This document shows positions 1 to 7,365 of a stretch of DNA of 46,473 nt, piece by piece. Under the pieces are notes generated by a model. The model worked only from the letters and a program-made list of their open reading frames with translations, was not told the DNA's origin and did no database searches. The DNA is taken from positions 1 to 46,473 of the forward strand of contig JARKSS010000099.1 in assembly GCA_029974175.1 (NCBI GenBank), in the 5' to 3' direction. The translations under genes and the position numbers were made by a program. Position 1 is the stretch's first letter, and every line of letters begins with the position of its first letter. The stretch comes from Vicinamibacterales bacterium. Lineage in GTDB: Bacteria; Acidobacteriota; Vicinamibacteria; Vicinamibacterales; Fen-181.

Positions 1-1241
1 ACGCCGCGCTCGCCGCCGGGCTGGCGCTGGTTGCCGCGGCCGCCGCCGCTCAGCTGGTCCCGCTCGACGCGGCGACGCTCGCGCGCCTCAGTCCCAACAC
101 CCACGCCTTCCTCACCCAGTACGTCGTCGGCTACCCCGACGTGGTCACCGCCCACCCCCTGTCGATCCGCCCTGTAGCAACCCGCTACGGGCTCGCGGCC
201 TTCGCCAGCTTCTCCCTCCTGCTGCTCGGCGCGGCGCGAGGCCTCGGGCGGCGAAGCGCGCGCACGCTCGCCGGAGGCCTCCTCGCCGTGGGCTTCGCCC
301 TCGCCCTGACCGGCATCGTCCAGTCGGGCTTGAGCGGACGCGGGCTGGCGTCGAGCCGGATCTACGGGCTGGTTCCCGCGGCCCACGCCTCGCCGTTCGG
401 CCCGTTCCTCAACCGGAACCACTTCGCCGGCTGGATGCTGCTGGCGCTGCCGGTCGGCCTCGGCCTGTTCATCGGCCAGGTGGCGCGCGGGATGCGCGGG
501 GCAGGGCCGACGCTGCGCGAGCGGGTGCTGTGGTTCTCGTCGCCGCAGGCCAGCCGCGTCGTGCTCGCGGGGCTCGCGGTCCTTGTGATGGGGGTGTCGC
601 TCGTCCTCACCTTCTCGCGGTCGGGGATTGGCGGCTTCGCGACCGCGCTGGCGCTCTCGGCCTTCTTCGTCATCCGGCGGCAGTCGCGCGGCTCGCGCCG
701 CGCCGTCGCGCTGTCGTACGTCGCGGTGCTGCTGGCGTTGAGCCTCGGGTGGGCCGGCCTCGACGCGATCGTCGCGCGGTTCGCCGACCTGCAGGGCACC
801 GGCCTCAACGGGAGGCTGGGCGTGTGGGGCGACGCGTGGCGGGTCGTGCGGGCGTTCCCTTGGACGGGGACCGGCCTGAACACCTTCAGCGAGGCGATGG
901 AGGTGTACCAGACCTTCGAGATGACGACGCACACGATGGAGGCGCATAATGATTACCTCCAGCTGCTGGCCGACGGCGGCCTGCTGCTGGCCCTGCCCGC
1001 CCTCATCGCGATAATCCTGCTCGGCCGCGAGATCCGCCGCCGCTTCCGCGAGGCGCGAGACGACACGACCTCGTACTGGCTGAGGGTGGGAGCGACGACG
1101 GCGCTGGTGGCGATCGCGGTGCAGGAGACGGTGGAGTTCAGCCTGCGGCTCCCCGGCCACGGCGTGCTGCTGGCCGCCGTCGTCGCGGTGGCGCTGCACC
1201 GGAGCGACGGCAGCAGGCCTGGCGATCGAGGAATCGGGTGA
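1..1241 (+). CDS. O-antigen ligase / Wzy_C-family polytopic membrane protein (5' end outside window)
   Basis: The reading frame is open from the window edge to TGA 1239-1241; the track starts it at GTG 141. Many hydrophobic helices. 'LTFSRSGIGG' and 'HNDYLQLLADGGLL' resemble the O-antigen ligase/polymerase signature (recognised from memory). Confidence 0.75.
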   Translation, partial: AALAAGLALVAAAAAAQLVPLDAATLARLSPNTHAFLTQYVVGYPDVVTAHPLSIRPVATRYGLAAFASFSLLLLGAARGLGRRSARTLAGGLLAVGFALALTGIVQSGLSGRGLASSRIYGLVPAAHASPFGPFLNRNHFAGWMLLALPVGLGLFIGQVARGMRGAGPTLRERVLWFSSPQASRVVLAGLAVLVMGVSLVLTFSRSGIGGFATALALSAFFVIRRQSRGSRRAVALSYVAVLLALSLGWAGLDAIVARFADLQGTGLNGRLGVWGDAWRVVRAFPWTGTGLNTFSEAMEVYQTFEMTTHTMEAHNDYLQLLADGGLLLALPALIAIILLGREIRRRFREARDDTTSYWLRVGATTALVAIAVQETVEFSLRLPGHGVLLAAVVAVALHRSDGSRPGDRGIG

Positions 1242-1295
1242 AGCCCCAGGGCCGATTCCATTCTCACTTTGCGGATATCGTGGCTGAAGGAGATC

Positions 1296-1562
1296 GTGGT
1301 GCAGTCTTGTCCGAAGTGCCGGTCGACGCGGATCCACCGTTCGCGCTCCCGCGGGTGGTTCGAGAGGTTTCGAAAGGGGTTCACCAACAAGCGGCCGCAC
1401 CGGTGCCACGCCTGCGGGTGGCGCGGCTGGGGCCTCGAGAGCGACAATCACCGGGAGAAGGGACGTTCGGCGGGGATCGATTGCGGCCTGCCCGACCTCA
1501 CGGCGATCGACGAGGCCATCGGCTTCGAGCGGGACGGCGCTTCGAAGAGAGCGAGCAGCTAA
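1296..1562 (+). CDS. small basic double-CxxC zinc-ribbon protein
   Basis: In-frame GTG 1296 sits 3 nt after AAGGAG (1287-1292); the track ORF starts at TTG 1269. Two Cys pairs (CPKC ... CHAC). GC3 is much better than in the competing frame 1238..1585. Confidence 0.5.
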   Translation: MVQSCPKCRSTRIHRSRSRGWFERFRKGFTNKRPHRCHACGWRGWGLESDNHREKGRSAGIDCGLPDLTAIDEAIGFERDGASKRASS

Positions 1563-1644
1563 CTAAAACCGGGCAGGCGGGGTGAAGTGCGTGGACAAGT
1601 GCGTCTGTTGCGTACGAAGGGCTGGTGCAAATCGGGATTGAGAG

Positions 1645-1992
1645 ATGCCGATCTACGAGTTCGAGTGCAGGGACTGCCACCGGAAGACGACCGCGCTCGT
1701 GATGTCGCGCGAGCGGATCGGCGAGGTGCGCTGCCGGCGCTGCGGGAGCGCGAACCTCGAAAAGCTGTTCTCGCGCTTCGCCACGCCGAAGTCGGAGGAC
1801 GCGCGCCTCGAGTCGCTGGCCGACCCGTCGGCGATGGCCGGCGTGGACGAGAACGACCCGCAGAGCGTCGCCCGTTTCATGAAGCGGATGGGCAAGGAGA
1901 TGGGCGAGGACTTCGGCGACGACATCGACCAGGCGATCGAGGAGGAGATGGCGGGCGGCGCCGAGGGGAGCGAGGGCGGTGACGAATCCTGA
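1645..1992 (+). CDS. FmdB-family (CxxC_CxxC_SSSS) zinc-ribbon putative regulatory protein
   Basis: N-terminus 'MPIYEFECRDCHRKT...VRCRRCGS' is the classic FmdB zinc ribbon, followed by an acidic C-terminal tail. Confidence 0.85.
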   Translation: MPIYEFECRDCHRKTTALVMSRERIGEVRCRRCGSANLEKLFSRFATPKSEDARLESLADPSAMAGVDENDPQSVARFMKRMGKEMGEDFGDDIDQAIEEEMAGGAEGSEGGDES

Positions 1993-2025
1993 CTCCTGAA
2001 TCCCGAATCCTGACTCCTGTGTCCC
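1984..2025. repeat. tandem heptamer array GAMTCCY (5 good units plus 1 degenerate)
   Basis: gaatcct|gactcct|gaatccc|gaatcct|gactcct|gtgtccc. Contains the FmdB stop (1990-1992) and the GTG start of the next gene (2019). Confidence 0.9.
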
Positions 2026-2765
2026 TTCGCATTGCCTTCGACCTCGACGGCACCGTGGCCGACCTCGACTCCACGCTCGCGGAGATCAGCCGGTCCTTGT
2101 TCGGCGGCGAGCCCGAGGCGGTGGCGCCGGCGGAGGGGCCGCCCGCCGAGGTTCGTAGGGACGACCCTCGTGGTCGCCCTCCGGCGGACACGCCGGCCGC
2201 CAAGGACGGCCCGGACGAGGCAGAGGACCGGGTCACGCCGCCGCGCGTGCGGTCGCTGACGCCGCGCCAGCAGTCGATGGTGTGGCAGGCCGCGCTCCGC
2301 ACGCCGAACTTCTGGGAGACGCTGGGGGAGATCGAGCCGGGCGTGCTGGCGCGGCTGTGGGCGCTTGCCGGCGAGCGCGGCTGGGAGGTGGTCTTCCTGA
2401 CCCAGCGGCCCGCGTCCGAGGGCGACACCACGCAGCGTCAGAGCCAGCGGTGGCTGCGCGCGAAGGGCTTCGAGCTGCCCAGCGTCTTCGTGGTGTCGGG
2501 CTCGCGGGGGAAGGTGGCTTCCGCGCTCGGCCTCGACGTCGTGGTGGACGACCGGCCCGAGAACTGCCTCGACGTGAAGGTTGACTCGACGGCGCGGGCG
2601 GTGCTCGTCGCCCGTGCCGGCAGCCCCGCGATGGCGGCGAACGCCGCGCGGCTGGGAATCGAGGCGGTCAGCTCGATCGCCGAGCTGCTCGACCGCCTCG
2701 GTCGCCGCGCGGCTGACGGCCCGTCGCTGCTCGGCCGCATCAAGAACCTGTTGACCGGAGCGTAG
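2019..2765 (+). CDS. HAD-superfamily hydrolase (5'-nucleotidase-like) with a low-complexity insert
   Basis: Motif I 'IAFDLDGTVADL' lies at the N-terminus and a later 'VVVDDRPEN' is motif-IV-like. A Pro/Asp/Arg-rich insert of about 60 aa after motif I contains a REP-like palindrome (2154-2179). Confidence 0.6.
   Translation: MSLRIAFDLDGTVADLDSTLAEISRSLFGGEPEAVAPAEGPPAEVRRDDPRGRPPADTPAAKDGPDEAEDRVTPPRVRSLTPRQQSMVWQAALRTPNFWETLGEIEPGVLARLWALAGERGWEVVFLTQRPASEGDTTQRQSQRWLRAKGFELPSVFVVSGSRGKVASALGLDVVVDDRPENCLDVKVDSTARAVLVARAGSPAMAANAARLGIEAVSSIAELLDRLGRRAADGPSLLGRIKNLLTGA
2154..2179. repeat. REP-like palindromic element copy lying in-frame inside the HAD CDS
   Basis: cgtagggacgaccctcgtggtcgccc matches the intergenic copy at 2761-2786 at 25 of 26 positions. 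Confidence 0.8.
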
Positions 2766-2835
2766 GGGCGACCCTCGTGGTCGCCCCCAAATGGTCGCCG
2801 CCACGTGCAGGGCGACCACAAGGGTCGCCCCTACG
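2761..2835. repeat. pair of inverted REP-like hairpins (GGGGCGACC-N5-GGTCGCCCC) between convergent genes; probable bidirectional terminator
   Basis: 2761-2788 is cgtaggggcgaccctcgtggtcgccccc. 2810-2835 is its reverse complement with one loop change (cgtaggggcgacccttgtggtcgccc). Each has a 9-bp GC stem and 5-nt loop. The stop codons of both flanking genes lie in the terminal TAG of the element. Confidence 0.8.
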
Positions 2836-4075
2836 GCTTTCTCAGCCGCGGCAGCTTCGTCTTGTGAGGCGGGGCGGTGCGGGCGCGCTCGGGTGGATCG
2901 GGCACCACCTCGATGCGCTCGGGCGCCGGCTTGGGCGGCGCGGGGTTCTCGCTCGGGGCCGGAGGGCGGTCGGGGCCGCGCGGCCGCTCGGGCTCAGGGG
3001 TCACAGGGGGCTCGTCGGTGCGCGGCGGAGGCGGCTGGTCCTGGCCGCGCCCGGCGTTCCGTTCGGCGAACCGGTCGGGACGCGGCTTCGCAGCGCCCGT
3101 GCCGCGGGGCTTCCATTCGCCCTTCGGCCTCCACTCCCCCTTGGGTTGCCACGCGCCCCGCGGCCGCGACTCGCCCTTCGGCCTCCACTCCCCCTTGGGT
3201 TGCTCGCCCTTCGGTTTCCACTCACCCTTGGGTCGCCACGGTTCCTTCGGGCGCCACTCGGTCTTCGCTCCCCGCGGCTTCATCTCGCCGCGCGGCCGGT
3301 CGTGGCCCTGGCGGTCGCCGCCCCGCTTCTCGCCTCCCGGTGGCGGCTGCTGCGGCGGGCGGCCTTCCCGCGGGCGCTCCGGCTTCCACGGCCGCTGGTG
3401 CGTCGGGCGGCCTTCCCGCGGGCGCTCCGGTTTCCACGGCCGCTCGTGTGGCAAGCGGCCTTCACGTGGGCGCTCCGGCTTCGAGGGCCGCTCCTGCGGC
3501 GGGCGGCCCTCGCGCGGCCGCTCCGGCTTTGCCGGCCGCTCTCGCGGCGGGCTGCCTTCACGAGGGCGCTGCGGCCTCCAGGGCTGTTCCTGCGGCGGGC
3601 GACCCTCGCGCGGACGATTCGGCTTCCAGGGGCGATCCTGCGGTTCGCGGCGATCGCGGCCGCCGTGAGTCTTCCCGCCGGGTGGCGGGAACCCGGCCCC
3701 GCCCTGCCGGGCCAGCGCGGCTGCCTTCTTCTCGCGCCGCTTCCTCGCCTGGTAGGTTTCCTTCTTGAACTTCTCGCGCGGGTCGCGGTGCTCGCCGCCC
3801 GGCCGCCACTGCTTGCCGCGGCGCTCGTCCCCGGCGCCGCCTGAGCCGCCGTGCGCGAAAGAGTCCCGTCGCGGCGGGCCGCCACGCTCGCGCGAGGCGC
3901 GGGCCTGCTCGGGCGACTCCCAGACCTTGCCGCGAGCGAACCACTTCAGCTCGGCGTGCGGGTTCCTCCCCTGCAGCTGCTTCAGCGTGGGGAGCAGGTC
4001 GTCGCGCTTCGCCGCGCGAAAGGCCGTGGGCGAGCCGTCGATGACGATCGTCCAGAAGGCGAAACGGGGTGGCAT
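2831..4075 (-). CDS. hypothetical protein: ~60-aa N-terminal domain plus long Arg/Pro/Glu/Lys/Trp-rich tandem-repeat (likely disordered) region
   Basis: ATG 4075 (MPPRFAFWTIVIDG...) has AAGGA upstream and lies 17 nt after the stop of the sigma-54 activator. The track's longer ORF (to 4402) overlaps that gene. High GC3. Six 16-aa repeats and a series of PKGEW-type hexapeptides. Confidence 0.7.
   Translation of the reverse strand: MPPRFAFWTIVIDGSPTAFRAAKRDDLLPTLKQLQGRNPHAELKWFARGKVWESPEQARASRERGGPPRRDSFAHGGSGGAGDERRGKQWRPGGEHRDPREKFKKETYQARKRREKKAAALARQGGAGFPPPGGKTHGGRDRREPQDRPWKPNRPREGRPPQEQPWRPQRPREGSPPRERPAKPERPREGRPPQERPSKPERPREGRLPHERPWKPERPREGRPTHQRPWKPERPREGRPPQQPPPGGEKRGGDRQGHDRPRGEMKPRGAKTEWRPKEPWRPKGEWKPKGEQPKGEWRPKGESRPRGAWQPKGEWRPKGEWKPRGTGAAKPRPDRFAERNAGRGQDQPPPPRTDEPPVTPEPERPRGPDRPPAPSENPAPPKPAPERIEVVPDPPERARTAPPHKTKLPRLRKP
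3104..3265 (-). repeat. coding tandem repeat, ~18-bp period (hexapeptide WRPKGE / WKPKGE series, 7 Trp)
   Basis: Peptide KTEWRPKEPWRPKGEWKPKGEQPKGEWRPKGESRPRGAWQPKGEWRPKGEWKPRG. A 33-nt block is perfectly duplicated at 3117-3149 and 3171-3203. Confidence 0.85.
3347..3634 (-). repeat. coding tandem repeat, 48-bp period (six 16-aa units RPWKPERPREGRPPQE)
   Basis: Units: RPWKPNRPREGRPPQE, QPWRPQRPREGSPPRE, RPAKPERPREGRPPQE, RPSKPERPREGRLPHE, RPWKPERPREGRPTHQ, RPWKPERPREGRPPQQ. Confidence 0.9.
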
Positions 4076-4092
4076 AGGATCCTTGTCGGCCG

Positions 4093-5481
<1,389 letters not shown>

Positions 5482-5628
5482 TTAGGTAGGCGCCAGTATT
5501 TTGACACAGCCGGGGCGGCCCGGCACGGAAAAATGTCGGTACACTCGTCCTGCAATCCCGGCCTAACGGGAAACGGCGGACCTCCCGATAAGCCCTGTGA
5601 AGCAGGCCCCCCGGAGTCGCATAGCGGC

Positions 5629-5889
5629 ATGAACCCGTCTCTCCAGAAGCCCACCCCGCTCGCGCACATGCCCGCCGACGACCTCGGCGACCTCGGGGCG
5701 CTCTTCCACCGGCTGAACAACGAGCTGGGCATCATCCTGTCGCACGCCGAGCTGCTCGAGGCCAAGGCCGGCGACGAGATCAGCCGCTCGCGCGCATCGC
5801 AGGTGGTGACCAGCGTCCTCGACGCGATGGGCACGGCCCGGTCGATCCGATCGCGGGTCAGCGACATCCAGTCGCGGTTCCAGGTCTGA
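5629..5889 (+). CDS. stand-alone HisKA-like DHp (H-box) domain protein, 86 aa, no ATPase domain
   Basis: These are the last 86 codons of track ORF 4429..5889; the rest is antisense shadow of the activator. Very high GC3, with GGAG 13 nt upstream of ATG 5629. 'LFHRLNNELGIILSHAELL' aligns with the H-box 'IAHELNNPLATVLTWAERL' of the kinase at 7191..8777. Confidence 0.55.
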   Translation: MNPSLQKPTPLAHMPADDLGDLGALFHRLNNELGIILSHAELLEAKAGDEISRSRASQVVTSVLDAMGTARSIRSRVSDIQSRFQV

Positions 5890-5994
5890 AGCAGGCGGCG
5901 GCAGGCCGCGCAGGTCCTTCTTCCTTCAGCCGCCGCTCCACCCCACGGCCCCCCGTTCGTACATCACACCACGATTGCGATTTCGTGCGGCGCT

Positions 5995-6078
5995 TGCAGA
6001 TCTTGCTGGTGCGTCAGAATATTGGCGCGCAAGAACTGCTAGTTCGTCAAGATGTTGACGCCCTGCAACAGATCTGCA
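5995..6078. promoter_or_regulatory. candidate enhancer (UAS) region: two related dyads bracketed by a 9-bp perfect inverted repeat
   Basis: GCGTCA-N6-TGGCGC (6011-6028) and perfect CGTCAA-N4-TTGACG (6045-6060) share 13/17 positions, with starts 33 bp apart. TGCAGATCT (5995-6003) pairs with AGATCTGCA (6070-6078). The DNA is locally AT-richer. Confidence 0.4.
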
Positions 6079-6191
6079 CACCGGCTCCGATGGCGGCGCG
6101 GCCGCCGGAGTCACTTCTAACCCTCCTTGTTTCAACGGCTTCGCGCCTTCGGACGCACGGATGAGCCGGATGGGGCCAAGCTGTTCCGTTC

Positions 6192-6207
6192 TGGCACTTG
6201 GGTTGCG
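6192..6207 (+). promoter_or_regulatory. sigma-54 (-24/-12) promoter upstream of the FliA-type sigma factor gene
   Basis: Exact TGGCAC-N5-TTGC (tggcac ttggg ttgc). It is intergenic and its -12 element ends 110 nt before ATG 6316. An NtrC-type activator is encoded nearby. Confidence 0.55.
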
Positions 6208-6315
6208 AATGGCTCGGTTCGTCTGCGAAACCCGGGGGGCCGAACGGCGTCCCGGCCTGAGACTCGAACCGAAGTCGTTCAGTGGCGCCGGCTGGCGCCG
6301 CCCCGAGGAGCCGCG

Positions 6316-7365
6316 ATGCACGTCACACCGCTTCCCGCCAACGAGAGCCGACGCGTGGTGGCCGGTCTTCCCTTCGTCGAAGCGCTTGCGCGCAGGCTCG
6401 CCTCCTCGATGCCCCACTCGATCGACATCGGCGATCTCGTGCAGGACGGCGTGCTCGGCCTGATTGACGCCGCGCAGCGCTACGACGAGTCGCGCGGCAT
6501 CAAGTTCGAGACCTTCGCGGAGCGGCGGGTGCGCGGCGCGATGATCGACGCGCTTCGGCGCGAGGCCTGGCCGCGGGGCGTCCGCCGCCAGCGGCGCGAG
6601 CTGGAGGCGGCCCGCGAGTCGCTGCGGCGCGAGCTGGGGCACGAGCCGTCGGTGGCCGACCTGGCGGCCAAGGTTGGCTCGGACGAGAAGCGCCTCAACC
6701 GCACGATCCTGCGCATCAACACCATCGAGTCCACCTCGCCCCTCGCCTCGAACGATCACAAGGACGACGCGTCGCTGCCGGCCGTGCTGGTGCCCTCGGA
6801 GCCCGAGGCGCCCGACGCGGCCTTCGAGCGCGGCCAGGTGCAGGACCGGGTTCGGGCCGCCATCGCCACGCTGCCCGCGCGCGAGCGCAAGCTGATCGGG
6901 CTCTACTACTTCGGCGAGGTCACGATGAAGGAGATCGGGGCCGAGCTGGGGGTGAACGAGTCGCGCGTGTCGCAGCTGCACGCCCGCGCCATCCAGCGCC
7001 TTCGCCAGGCGCTCGAGCGGCAGGAGAAGCCGGTGTCGCAGCCGCCGATCCTCACCGTGCTGACGCCGCGTCCGCGCATGGCGCCGCGCCCGGTGCTTCC
7101 CTTCGAGCCGCGCCCGGTGCCCGCGAAGGCGTCGCTGCCGGCGCGTCCCGTGGGCCAGCCGCTGCCGGCGGTGGCGGCGACGGTGCTGCCCTACGCCAGC
7201 AGCTCGCGGACGGCCCGCAGCAAGTCGGCGAGCCTGAACGGCTTGGCGAGCCAGCGGCAGCCGCTCTCCTCGAGGAAGCGTTCGGCATCGGCGCCCACGA
7301 CGTCGCCGGTGCAGAAGATCACGCGGCGGGCCAGCGCCGGGTTGCCCGTCGCGATCGCCCGGTAG
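6316..7365 (+). CDS. fliA: FliA/WhiG-type (sigma-28 family) RNA polymerase sigma factor with a ~110-aa Pro/Ala/Arg-rich C-terminal tail
   Basis: 'DLVQDGVLGLIDAAQRYD', 'FETFAERRVRGAMIDALRREAWPRGVRR' (FliA-type region 2/3) and region 4 'MKEIGAELGVNESRVSQLHARAIQRLR'. ATG 6316 was chosen because upstream codons of the track ORF look non-coding. The first in-frame stop is TAG 7363-7365. Confidence 0.85.
   Translation: MHVTPLPANESRRVVAGLPFVEALARRLASSMPHSIDIGDLVQDGVLGLIDAAQRYDESRGIKFETFAERRVRGAMIDALRREAWPRGVRRQRRELEAARESLRRELGHEPSVADLAAKVGSDEKRLNRTILRINTIESTSPLASNDHKDDASLPAVLVPSEPEAPDAAFERGQVQDRVRAAIATLPARERKLIGLYYFGEVTMKEIGAELGVNESRVSQLHARAIQRLRQALERQEKPVSQPPILTVLTPRPRMAPRPVLPFEPRPVPAKASLPARPVGQPLPAVAATVLPYASSSRTARSKSASLNGLASQRQPLSSRKRSASAPTTSPVQKITRRASAGLPVAIAR

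Noticed and set aside
2777-3844. Three overlapping plus-strand repetitive ORFs (2777..3844, 2791..3768, 2877..3668)
   Set aside because: They mirror the tandem repeats of the minus-strand gene. The minus-strand gene has an RBS, a non-repetitive N-terminal domain, operon context and better GC3.
5519-5537. GGCACGGAAAAATGTC as a sigma-54 promoter for the DHp-only gene
   Set aside because: The -24 GGCAC is good, but there is no TTGC/GC element at the required -12 spacing.
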